Assembly: GCA_014360755.1 (NCBI GenBank)
Contig: JACIWX010000003.1
Coordinates: 27,678 to 91,677, forward strand
DNA length: 64,000 nt
Direction: 5' to 3'
DNA from: Chloroflexota bacterium
GTDB lineage: Bacteria > Chloroflexota > Anaerolineae > UBA2200
The translations under genes and the position numbers were made by a program. A model generated the notes under the pieces. It was not told the origin of the DNA. It saw only the letters and a program-made list of their open reading frames with translations, and did no database searches. Positions 1 to 10,278 of this stretch are shown here, in pieces; position 1 is the first letter of the stretch, and every line of letters begins with the position of its first letter.

Positions 1-1281
1 GAAGCGGCAACTCGTGTAGGTGAAAGGGTCAAACTCGCCGGATGGATGCATAACTGGCGCGATATGGGACAATTTGGCTTTCTGATTTTACGCGATGGAG
101 CGGGAACGTTCCAGGCTGTCCTGTACAAAGCAGAGGAAATGGAGAAACTCAAGGGCTTGCAATACGAAACGGTATTGCAGATTGAAGGCGTAGTGGCAGA
201 AGAACCTCGCGCGCCAGGAGGTGTCGAGCTGCACGACTGTCAGGTTACGGTCATCTCGCCGGTCCTGGAGCCTTTGCCCTTTGAAATCAACAAAAAAGAA
301 CTTAAACCTGGGCTGGATGTCTTCCTCGATAATGCGCCTGTGGGCTTGCGCCACTTGCGTAAGCGGGCGCTGTTCCGCATCTCGGCTGAGATCATGGCTG
401 GTTTCCGCGAATACCTCATGCAGCAGGGTTTTGTCGAGATTCAGACGCCCAAGATCGTTGGTTCAGCCACTGAAAGCGGAGCAAATGTTTTCGCTCTGGA
501 CTACTTTGGGCGCCCCGCTTACCTTGCCCAGAGCCCACAGTTCTACAAACAAATCATGGTAGGAGTTTTTGAGCGCGTTTTTGAAATCGGCCCGGTCTTT
601 CGCGCAGAGAAGCACAATACTGCAAGGCATACCAATGAATATGTCAGTCTGGACATTGAAATGGGGTTCATCCAGGATCACACTGATGTGATGGCGATGC
701 TCACCGGCGTACTGCGCCATATCTTCAACCGATTGACTCAAGTATGCCCGCGCGAGTTGGAGCTACTCAAGGTAAAGGTGCCCAATATTGGCCAGACGAT
801 CCCTGCCCTCCGCCTACCGGATGCTCAGGAACTCATTTTCAAGCGTTATGGTGAAGATTGCCGAGGTGAGCCCGACCTCGCGCCACAGCATGAAGAATGG
901 CTTTGCGAGTACGCTGCACAAGAGCTAGGCTCAGAACTGTTGTTCATTACCCATTATCCAACATCCAAGCGCCCGTTTTATGCCATGCCCGATGACGAGG
1001 ATCCGACACTGACAAAGAGCTTTGACTTACTATTTCGTGGATGCGAGGTCGTTACAGGTGGACAGCGCATTCACCGCTACGAGCAGTTGTTGGAAAATGC
1101 ACGAAAGTGGGGCATTAACCCCGAGGACATTGCGGGCTACCTGCAAGCTTTCAAGTTTGGCATGCCCCCGCATGGCGGTTTTGGTATGGGCTTGGAGCGG
1201 CTGCTGATGCAATTAACAGGACTCAAGAACCTGCGCGAGGCTACGCTCTTTCCTAGGGATCTGACTAGGGTAGCTCCTTAG
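1..1281 (+). CDS. aspS: Aspartyl-tRNA synthetase, archaeal/eukaryal short type, 5'-partial (frame continues upstream of the window start)
   Basis: Class II aaRS motifs (FYAMPDDEDP, GGFGMGLERLLMQL) with an N-terminal OB anticodon-binding domain. Total length of about 430 aa is the short non-bacterial type. The frame is open to position 1 (..VGERVKLAGW-MHNWRD). Confidence 0.9.
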   Translation, partial: EAATRVGERVKLAGWMHNWRDMGQFGFLILRDGAGTFQAVLYKAEEMEKLKGLQYETVLQIEGVVAEEPRAPGGVELHDCQVTVISPVLEPLPFEINKKELKPGLDVFLDNAPVGLRHLRKRALFRISAEIMAGFREYLMQQGFVEIQTPKIVGSATESGANVFALDYFGRPAYLAQSPQFYKQIMVGVFERVFEIGPVFRAEKHNTARHTNEYVSLDIEMGFIQDHTDVMAMLTGVLRHIFNRLTQVCPRELELLKVKVPNIGQTIPALRLPDAQELIFKRYGEDCRGEPDLAPQHEEWLCEYAAQELGSELLFITHYPTSKRPFYAMPDDEDPTLTKSFDLLFRGCEVVTGGQRIHRYEQLLENARKWGINPEDIAGYLQAFKFGMPPHGGFGMGLERLLMQLTGLKNLREATLFPRDLTRVAP

Positions 1282-1307
1282 AAAATCGCTCTAACCCCAG
1301 CGAAGGC

Positions 1308-1357
1308 GGCTCCCATGCTGCCGAACGTCGGGCATGGGAGCCCGCTTTGCTTCTTTT
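1308..1357. terminator. Bidirectional rho-independent terminator between convergent aspS and the isomerase gene
   Basis: Perfect 11-bp stem ggctcccatgc/gcatgggagcc with a 13-nt loop, followed by gctttgcttcttttg. Confidence 0.6.
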
Positions 1358-1375
1358 GAAATAGGCTTTCATTTG

Positions 1376-2196
1376 TCACTCTGCCTCGCACTGCTGCACA
1401 AATTCAAGCAGTTGGAGCAACTTCTGACGCACTCGTGCCAGGCTCCATGCCCCAATGGCTGTCGGGCTGACCTCGAGAGTGAAGATGCCTGAGTAGCCGG
1501 TAGCGACGAGATGCCGCACAAATTCTGCCAGTGGCAGACTGCCCTCGCCTGGCATCTGGTGATGTTTCAGGATACTGTACAGCGGCGGCCAATCCGGGAA
1601 GATGCGGCGCTGCACCAGGTCACTAAAATGCACATTCACTATCCGCCCATGAAATAGTTTGTACGCTTCCATGAGCGGGTAAGGTGATGCACCGGCATGG
1701 GCCGTATCAAACGTAATCGGTATATCATATTGGTCAGCAAATGCGCGTAGCCGATGGGCATCGTGGAGGATGTACTGGATATCGGATGGTCGAAAGAAGC
1801 CGGGGTTCTCCAGAGAGATCTGCACGCCTGGATTGCAGCGGGTCCGCTCGTACAACAGGGTGTCCACAAATTCCGTCCATCGCGCATCTCGCGGTGTGGT
1901 TACCTTGGGCACGTGCAGCACGACCAAGGGGCAATTCACCTGCTCAGCGAGGGAGACCAAACGCGGCAAGATGGACGCGGCGCTGTTGTGGCCAGGATAG
2001 GGGATAATCGGAGGGTGTACGCTGAACACGGGAAGGGCGTATTCCTGGCTTAGCGTGCGTACATACGCAGCTCCACGTAGGATGACCTCAGGGCTGAGAA
2101 CCAACTCTACTCCCGCAAAACCAGCTTCGTGCGCCAGAGCAAAGGCGGTCCGCAGCGGTAGATGGTACAGAGTGCCCGTAGAGAAGCTCCATTTCA

Positions 2197-2200
<4 letters not shown>
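1376..2200 (-). CDS. Sugar phosphate isomerase/epimerase (xylose isomerase-like TIM barrel) family protein
   Basis: 274-aa ORF with family-typical spacing of AGFAGVEL and ...HVP/FDTAHA motifs. The call is by recognition, not search. Confidence 0.65.
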
Positions 2201-4114
<1,914 letters not shown>

Positions 4115-4158
4115 TCATCCGTCAGTCAAGGCAACAGTGCAGGACCTCACACCATTTT

Positions 4159-4312
4159 GAGAGTGTTGAAAATCTTGTTACCCTGAGCAAAGCGAAGGTC
4201 TCGCGTAACTTTAGCCGTATTTTTCCAAGTACTGCGAGATGCTTCACTTCCCCTTCGCTTTGCTCAGCGCGAAGGTTCAGCATGACATTGGAAGGGCTTT
4301 TTCAACACCCTC
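4159..4312. mobile_element. MITE-like element copy A, about 154 bp. Its inverted ends are GAGAGTGTTGAAAAT and ATTTTTCAACACCCTC. A direct repeat acaccatt flanks it.
   Basis: A near-identical element with indels sits at 59239-59390. Both have the same inverted ends and an internal ctcgcgtaactttagccgtattttc...gcgagatgcttcac...cagcatgacattggaagggc core, and each is flanked by a short direct repeat. Confidence 0.55.
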
Positions 4313-4646
4313 ACACCATTGTATATCGCTCCAAAAACAGAGACGGTCAAGTTTCGTAACACGTCATGCAGCGCACAATTATATCACGGCAATGCATTGT
4401 GGGCAATTGTGCAAGGGCTGCGCTTGGTCTTTTTGCCCCGCAATTGAGGCTGCAAAGTGGAGCAAGGCGGTTTCATTATTTCGCCAAAATGCGCGCTTTT
4501 GACCGAAGATGTGATATAATGGGGATAAGAAAAAGCGCGCGTGGATGTGACGTGTACCATTGATGTCACTCGCTTGCGCAATCTCTTAGTGTGCTGTGGT
4601 GAAGAAACACAGAATGAGACGCTCCTACTAGCCTGCGAGGTAAAGA

Positions 4647-5126
4647 TTGGACATATATTCCCTGGCAAAAACAGTGGGTGAGTTACTACAAGAGCGCCAT
4701 CTTACTTTGGCGGTCGCCGAATCCTGCACTGGAGGGCTGCTGGCTGCGCATATCACAGACATCCCTGGCAGTTCGGCTTATTTCGAGGGGGGCGTAGTCG
4801 CCTATTCTTATGAAGCAAAGAAACGAGTGCTTGGGGTACCAGCCAGCACATTGGAGGTTTATGGCGCCGTCAGTGCAGAAACGGCGATTGCTATGGCCAG
4901 AGGGGTGCGTCATCTCCTGGGAGTAGATTGGGCCATCGCGATCACGGGCATTGCTGGGCCTACCGGTGCTACCCCTCAGAAACCGGTCGGGCTCACTTAT
5001 ATTGCCCTCGCCTCAGCCCAAGGGGAAGAGTGCAGGAAATACCTCTGGGGCGGAAACCGCTGGGAGAACCGCGCGCAGTCGGTTCGCGCAGCGCTGGAGT
5101 TGCTGCGAGAGTACTTGGCAAAGTGA
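4647..5126 (+). CDS. pncC: CinA C-terminal domain protein / nicotinamide-nucleotide amidohydrolase PncC
   Basis: LTLAVAESCTGGLLAAHITDIPGSSAYFEGGVVAYS matches the CinA-C signature. An extended -10 tgtgatataat lies about 120 nt upstream. Confidence 0.8.
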   Translation: MDIYSLAKTVGELLQERHLTLAVAESCTGGLLAAHITDIPGSSAYFEGGVVAYSYEAKKRVLGVPASTLEVYGAVSAETAIAMARGVRHLLGVDWAIAITGIAGPTGATPQKPVGLTYIALASAQGEECRKYLWGGNRWENRAQSVRAALELLREYLAK

Positions 5127-5190
5127 GGAGTGAGGAGTGATGAGTGAGAAGTGATGAGTGAGAGGTGAGGAATGAGGCGTAGGAGGTGAG
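5123..5190. repeat. Heptanucleotide tandem repeat (GTGAGGA/GTGATGA/GTGAGAA, about 9 units) in a convergent intergenic spacer; it includes the cinA stop codon
   Basis: Direct reading gives gtgagga gtgagga gtgatga gtgagaa gtgatga gtgagag gtgagga. A related repeat on the opposite strand lies at 37764-37805. Confidence 0.6.
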
Positions 5191-5191
5191 G

Positions 5192-6094
5192 CTAGAGTGA
5201 GGGGGTTATGCTGAAGCGTTGGCGTGCTGCTTCGAACAACAAAATGCCGGTTGCCACTGCCGTATTCAAAGATTCAACACCAGCACGCATCGGAATAGTG
5301 ACATAACCGGAGGCTAGCTTTTCTGCTTCTATCCCTGCGCCCTCCGCTTCCCCGCCAATCACCAAGGCGACTGGCTGTCGCCAGTCAATTTCCCAATAGG
5401 GAGTTCCCTCTCCAGGTTTGGCGAGAAGCACACACAAGCCGCGCACGATGTGCTCAATTGCCTGCCAGTCTTGGTTCACCAAAAAATTCAGGCGAAAATG
5501 CGCTCCCATAGCTGCGCGCACTACCTTAGGGCTGTAAATATCCACCGTGCCTTTGCTGGTGACCACTAATTCAACGCCTGCAGCAAGAGCAGAGCGCAGG
5601 ATCGTCCCCAAATTCCCTGGATCGCGTACAGAATCAATGACCAATCCCCACGCGAACGGATTGGGGATGGCATGTTCTCGCATTGGGAGCACTGCGAGGA
5701 TGCCTGAAGGGGCAACCGTATCCGACATGTGCACCATCACTGATTCATTGACTACCTTCGCCTGAATGCCTCGCGCCTCTGCCTGAGCCAAGATCAAACG
5801 AGCGCGCGGTTCATCCAACAGGGCTGGAGTGTGGAAAAGGACAGTGGGCTGGACGCCTGCTTTGAGTGCTTCTTCCACTGTGCGCAAGCCCTCGGCGATG
5901 AAAACACGCTCCTGATACCTGCTGCGCCGGCGGTGCAAAGAGCGCACATATTTGACGCTTTCATTCGCTGTGCTGGTAATAATCTCCAAATCGTCTACCC
6001 TTAGGACTTGTAGCGGAAGGCAGCATTGCACGCCAATAAGTAGCGACACACTGCCCCGCAAATATATGATTGTCTCCAAATAAAATCTCGCCAC
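5192..6094 (-). CDS. TrmH/SpoU-family RNA 2'-O-methyltransferase (RlmB-like); N-terminal start uncertain
   Basis: SPOUT motifs are present (DPGNLGTILRSA, IGGEAEGAG, ESLNTAVATGILLFE). Confidence 0.75.
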   Translation of the reverse strand: MARFYLETIIYLRGSVSLLIGVQCCLPLQVLRVDDLEIITSTANESVKYVRSLHRRRSRYQERVFIAEGLRTVEEALKAGVQPTVLFHTPALLDEPRARLILAQAEARGIQAKVVNESVMVHMSDTVAPSGILAVLPMREHAIPNPFAWGLVIDSVRDPGNLGTILRSALAAGVELVVTSKGTVDIYSPKVVRAAMGAHFRLNFLVNQDWQAIEHIVRGLCVLLAKPGEGTPYWEIDWRQPVALVIGGEAEGAGIEAEKLASGYVTIPMRAGVESLNTAVATGILLFEAARQRFSITPSL

Positions 6095-6162
6095 CTGGTC
6101 TCATAGCGCTATCCAGGGGCGAGATGTGTCCCTTTTGCGGAGCGATGAACAAAGGTGTGGTA

Positions 6163-6522
6163 TCAGGCTGCCACCGCTTTCTTTGCGATATCCGCAAGGC
6201 GCGCAAAAGTTGCGCTGTCGCGCACCGCCAGGTCTGCCAATGTCTTGCGGTCAACATCCACCCCAGCCTTGTTGAGGCCAGCGATCAACTGATGATAGGT
6301 TGTCCCACAAAGGCGAGCAGCGGCATTGATGCGCACAATCCACAGGCGACGAAAGTCACGCTTGCGGTTTCGGCGGTCACGGTAAGCGTACCAGAGCGAC
6401 TTCATGCGCGCTTCATTGGCTCGCCTGTACAGCAGATGCTTGCTTCCTCGCTGCCCTTCAGTAAATTTCAATACCTTTTTATGCCGCTTGTGGGCCGGCA
6501 CTCCCCTCTTTACTCTAGGCAA
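6163..6522 (-). CDS. rplT: 50S ribosomal protein L20
   Basis: [19 protein letters not shown]... matches the L20 N-terminus. It sits in the infC-rpmI-rplT order. Confidence 0.95.
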   Translation of the reverse strand: MPRVKRGVPAHKRHKKVLKFTEGQRGSKHLLYRRANEARMKSLWYAYRDRRNRKRDFRRLWIVRINAAARLCGTTYHQLIAGLNKAGVDVDRKTLADLAVRDSATFARLADIAKKAVAA

Positions 6523-6549
6523 TCCAAAAACCTCCCTTCAATAAAGTTA

Positions 6550-6753
6550 TTACTTCGAGTATGGCATAAGGCGCTTAATACGCGCCTTCTCGCCCCTTGT
6601 TTCCACTTCGAGTTTGCGGTCATATAGCCGCTGGACGCGCTTGGCTTTTCTGCGTCGCAAATGGCTCCGATGGCCCTTGAGCCGCATGATCTTACCCGTG
6701 CCAGTTACGTGAAAGCGTTTGGCCGTGGTTTTATGGGTTTTCATCTTTGGCAC
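6550..6753 (-). CDS. rpmI: 50S ribosomal protein L35 (GTG start after a GGAGGTGA RBS)
   Basis: VPKMKTHKTTAKRF... matches L35. A GTG at 6751-6753 is preceded by ggaggtga. Confidence 0.9.
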   Translation of the reverse strand: MPKMKTHKTTAKRFHVTGTGKIMRLKGHRSHLRRRKAKRVQRLYDRKLEVETRGEKARIKRLMPYSK

Positions 6754-6780
6754 TGAACATTCACCTCCCTGAACTATCAC

Positions 6781-7380
6781 TCATCCTATCGTCTCGTATA
6801 CACTCTCATCGCTTTTGGGCTTTTCTGGAGTCGCTGGGCGTTGGCTTTCTGAACGGCGAGCGGACGGTTTGGGTGCCAGCAATAAGAATACGCTCTTTGC
6901 TCCTTCCTCCATTGTTGGCGCTTGCTCAACCGTGGCTACATCTGCAAGTTCAGCCGCCAGTCGTTCCAAGAGGTCGCGTCCAATCTCTGGATAGCTTCTC
7001 TCTCGCCCTCGAAACCGTACCCGCAACCGTACCTTTGCCCCATCCGCCAAGAACTCGCGCACTCGCCTAGTTTTGAACGCCAGGTCGTGGGCCCCAATCT
7101 TAGGGTGCATACGGATTTCCTTAATCTCCACCGTGCGTTGGCTTTTACGGGCCAACCTTTCCTTTTTTGTCCGTTCATAGATGAACTTGCCATAGTTCAG
7201 CAGACGGCACACAGGGGGATTGGCGGCAGGAGCAACTTCAACCAGATCCAAGTCCCGCTCCTGAGCAATGCGCAAGGCTTCTCGAATGGGGAATACTCCC
7301 ATCTGCTTGCCTGTTTCGTCAACCAGTCGCACCTCGCTGGCCGTAATCGCCTCATTGATGCGGTGTTCTCTACTGCTTAT
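6781..7380 (-). CDS. infC: Translation initiation factor IF-3, with an atypical ATA start codon
   Basis: ...INEAITASEVRLVDETGKQ is the IF3 N-terminus. An in-frame stop lies just upstream, and ggtgga-N6-ATA fits the known AUU/AUA autoregulatory start. Confidence 0.85.
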   Translation of the reverse strand: MSSREHRINEAITASEVRLVDETGKQMGVFPIREALRIAQERDLDLVEVAPAANPPVCRLLNYGKFIYERTKKERLARKSQRTVEIKEIRMHPKIGAHDLAFKTRRVREFLADGAKVRLRVRFRGRERSYPEIGRDLLERLAAELADVATVEQAPTMEEGAKSVFLLLAPKPSARRSESQRPATPEKPKSDESVYETIG

Positions 7381-7509
7381 TTCGCTTCCACCTCACGTCT
7401 CGATGATTTGGGCAATCGTAACCTTCCCAAGTGACCGGAAACATGCCCATTTAGTGGGCTATCTTATCATATTTATCGTTACTAGTCAAGTTTGCACTGC
7501 TAGCTAAGG

Positions 7510-8025
7510 GGGTGTAGTTCAGTTTGGGGGCAGGATATGGATAAGTGTATACGGCGGACTGTGGTCCGCCTGGAGCGGGATGGATTAGACCTGTCAGGTC
7601 TGTTTAAGATCCCTGGAGTGTGGACGGCGGCGTTTGCCATTGAGCCTGCCAGGGAATTGATTCCCTGGCGGCATCTGGGCATGGGAGCCCATGCCCAGGC
7701 GAGGTGGTCTCTTGCGTCACCCTGAGGCGAAGCCGAGGGGTCTCATGGAACTGAGGGGGAGATTCTTCGCCGCTACGCGGCTCAGAATGACAACGGGAAA
7801 GCAGGTGCTCTCACGTTTGGCGTGGACAGCGGGTGGTCCACCTGGAGCAGTCTCACGCTCAGCGTGGACCGCAGTCCACGCTGGGTATAAGATAGCCCCG
7901 TCTACTTGAGGAGCGAATCCGTTCCCCAAATCTGCTGACAGTGATTGTTCTTGTCCAGACTTGGCTGCTTTCCATCCGCCTGAGGCGGTGTAAGGCATTT
8001 CTTGCCCCAAAAGTGAACTACACCC
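7510..8025. mobile_element. 516-bp hairpin-rich non-coding element. Its ends are 16-bp inverted repeats, GGGTGTAGTTCAGTTT and AAAGTGAACTACACCC, and gctaagg flanks both sides. It is either a MITE-like insertion or a large structured RNA.
   Basis: No credible ORF lies within it. It contains perfect hairpins (ctgggcatggg-agc-cccatgcccag, gccagggaat-tga-ttccctggc, agcgtggac-cgc-agtccacgct). The terminal pairing of 12 bp plus 3 bp spans the whole element. Confidence 0.4.
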
Positions 8026-8092
8026 GTGCTAAGGCTTTCAGGGCTTGGCTAGATTTTTGCTTCGCGCCTTGTCTTGTGCATTCTTTATAAAA

Positions 8093-8127
8093 TTTGACCT
8101 TTCTGAATTTTGGGTATAAAATAGTGC
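8093..8127 (+). promoter_or_regulatory. Sigma70-like promoter for the ABC operon (TTGACC-17 bp-TAAAAT)
   Basis: The sequence tttgacctttctgaattttgggtataaaat lies about 35 nt before the aggaggg RBS and the ATG at 8162. Confidence 0.4.
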
Positions 8128-8161
8128 AAATTGGGAAAATATTCACTGATAGGAGGGATGA

Positions 8162-9082
8162 ATGTTCCGTTATATTGTGCGTCGGTTACTGTGGATGATC
8201 CCGGTACTATTTTTCATCTCAGTAATCACGTTTTCCTTGGCACATGCTGTTCCTGGCGGGCCCTTTGACCGCGAAAAAGCATTGCCCGCTGAGATCATTG
8301 CCAACCTGAATAAATACTATGGACTGGATCAACCGGTGTGGAAACAGTATGTGAAATATATGAGCGATATCCTATTGCGCTTTGACTTTGGGCCGGTGTA
8401 CTCTTCGCGCAGCCGGAGGGTGAATGATATCTTCCGTGACCACCTGCCGATATCAGCGCAATTAGGAGTTCTTGCCATGCTTATTGCGCTGGGCATTGGA
8501 ATTCCTCTGGGCATTCTGGCAGCGCTGAAGCAGAATTCATTCTGGGACTATTTAGGCATGGCTGTGGCTATCTTTGGTGTCTCTGTGCCGGGCATTGTGC
8601 TTGGCCCATTGCTAATACTGATCTTTGCCCTCACGCTAAAGTGGTTCCCCGTAGCCGGTTGGGGCACACCTGCCAAAATGGTCCTGCCCTCTATCGCCTT
8701 GGGCATGCGCGAGTCCGCCATCATTGCACGTTTGACGCGAGCAAGCATGTTGCAGGTGATCCGCGAGGATTACATCCGCACGGCGCGAGCCAAAGGCTTG
8801 ACCGAACGTGCCGTTATGATCCGTCATGCGCTGAAAAATGCTTTCATTCCGGTGGCAACGATCCTCGGACCGATGTTTGCGGTATTGGTAACAGGCACGT
8901 TCGTGATCGAGCAGATCTTTGCCATCCCGGGGATGGGCAAGTATTTTATTACCAGTATTACCAATCGCGATTATCCAGTAGTGATGGGCACGATTTTGCT
9001 CTATGCTGTGTTTTTGGTTATTGCCAACTTAGCGGTAGACATTACGTATGCCTTCCTGGATCCGCGTATTCGGTACACGTGA
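8162..9082 (+). CDS. ABC transporter permease, DppB/OppB type
   Basis: Six transmembrane segments with the EAA-like loop (IRTARAKGL) typical of peptide/oligosaccharide BPD permeases. Confidence 0.9.
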   Translation: MFRYIVRRLLWMIPVLFFISVITFSLAHAVPGGPFDREKALPAEIIANLNKYYGLDQPVWKQYVKYMSDILLRFDFGPVYSSRSRRVNDIFRDHLPISAQLGVLAMLIALGIGIPLGILAALKQNSFWDYLGMAVAIFGVSVPGIVLGPLLILIFALTLKWFPVAGWGTPAKMVLPSIALGMRESAIIARLTRASMLQVIREDYIRTARAKGLTERAVMIRHALKNAFIPVATILGPMFAVLVTGTFVIEQIFAIPGMGKYFITSITNRDYPVVMGTILLYAVFLVIANLAVDITYAFLDPRIRYT

Positions 9083-9094
9083 GGTTATGAGGAT

Positions 9095-10150
9095 ATGGCA
9101 ACACAAGAATTGACCGCACAACAGAAAGCAGCCTTGCGCCTGAGCGAGCGGCAGGGCAAGCCAGCAAATCTGTGGTTAGATGCGTGGAACAGGCTGATAC
9201 GTAACCGAGCAGCAGTCCTGGGCGGGATCGTTGTGATCTTGTTGATCCTTACAGCCATCCTAGCCCCTGTCATTGCTCCCTACCATTATGCCAAAGGCGA
9301 CTCCGCCGAAGCCTATACCGTTCCCAATTGGTTGATTGGCCTGCTACCGGGGAACATCTCTGCCTATGCCAAGACAAGTTCCAAGTTCCTGCTGGGCTCT
9401 GACTACCTTGGGCGTGATATGCTCAGCCGGTTGATTTATGGCACGCGCGTCTCACTGCCTGTTGGGTTTATGGGGGCTTTTACAGCGCTGATCATTGGCT
9501 TGGTCTATGGCTGTATCTCAGGCTACTATGGCGGCAGGGTGGACAACATCATGATGCGCATCGTAGACATCATGTACGCTTTTCCCACGATGTTGCTGAT
9601 TATCCTGATGATGGCATTTTTCAAATCCACCTTTGCTAAAGTGGAACCTGGGACGGTAGCCTATACCTTCAACCAAGTGAACCGCGTTGTGGATCGCATC
9701 CTGGGCTTGCAAGGCGGCGGAATGCTGTTCATCTTCATGGGCATTGGCATCACCGCCTGGATGGGCATGGCACGGCTGGCGCGGGGGCAAATTTTGTCGC
9801 TGAAGGAGAAAGAGTTTATTGAAGCAGCGCACATGATCGGGGCGGGGGACATCCGCATCATTGTGCGCCACATCCTGCCCAATATCATTGGCCCATGCAT
9901 CGTAGCGGAGACGCTGGCTATCCCAGGCTATATCAACACAGAAGTCTTCCTCAGTTTCATTGGCCTAGGCGTGGACCCGCCAACGCCGAGCTGGGGAGCG
10001 ATGATTTCCGAAGGAGCGCAATCTATACGCTCTTATCCGCATATGGTGTTGTTCCCAGCCTTGGCCTTGTCGCTGACCATGTTCGCTTTCAATTTCCTGG
10101 GCGATGGCTTGCGCGACGCACTCGATCCTAAGATGAAGGGCACGAGTTAG
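9095..10150 (+). CDS. ABC transporter permease, DppC/OppC type
   Basis: N-terminal OppC-like extension with the C-type permease signature (EAAHMIGAG, PSWGAMISEG). Confidence 0.9.
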   Translation: MATQELTAQQKAALRLSERQGKPANLWLDAWNRLIRNRAAVLGGIVVILLILTAILAPVIAPYHYAKGDSAEAYTVPNWLIGLLPGNISAYAKTSSKFLLGSDYLGRDMLSRLIYGTRVSLPVGFMGAFTALIIGLVYGCISGYYGGRVDNIMMRIVDIMYAFPTMLLIILMMAFFKSTFAKVEPGTVAYTFNQVNRVVDRILGLQGGGMLFIFMGIGITAWMGMARLARGQILSLKEKEFIEAAHMIGAGDIRIIVRHILPNIIGPCIVAETLAIPGYINTEVFLSFIGLGVDPPTPSWGAMISEGAQSIRSYPHMVLFPALALSLTMFAFNFLGDGLRDALDPKMKGTS

Positions 10151-10278
10151 CACTCAGAATAATACCGTGGGAATGTCCAAGCATCGTCCTTAGCATCATT
10201 GGATTGGCAGCGGAGTAGCTTGACTGTCCCTCTATCCATGCGGAGCAGGGACAGATTCTTTTTGAATGTTAGGCAGGA

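Noticed and set aside
1332-1342. The 11-mer gcatgggagcc is shared between the aspS terminator stem and a hairpin inside the 516-bp element (7681-7702)
   Set aside because: A single short GC-rich match is within chance expectation and is not evidence of relatedness.
4239-4502. 87-aa plus-strand ORF overlapping MITE copy A
   Set aside because: It lies within the repeat element and the promoter region of cinA and has no protein character.
7507-7580. The GGGGGTGTAGTTCAGTTTGG start looked like a tRNA 5' end (acceptor plus D arm)
   Set aside because: No closing D-stem, anticodon arm or T arm follows. The matching 3' partner is 500 nt away, so a canonical tRNA (even with an intron) does not fit.
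7510-8025. Considered RNase P RNA, tmRNA, 6S or SRP RNA for the 516-bp structured element
   Set aside because: None of the conserved signatures I can recall is present on either strand. That means GGAAAGTCCGG/ACAGAACCCGGCTTA for the RNase P P4 helix, a tRNA-like T-loop GGTTCGATTCC plus an ANDENYALAA-type tag frame for tmRNA, or the 6S and SRP motifs. The length is also too great for those families, apart from RNase P.
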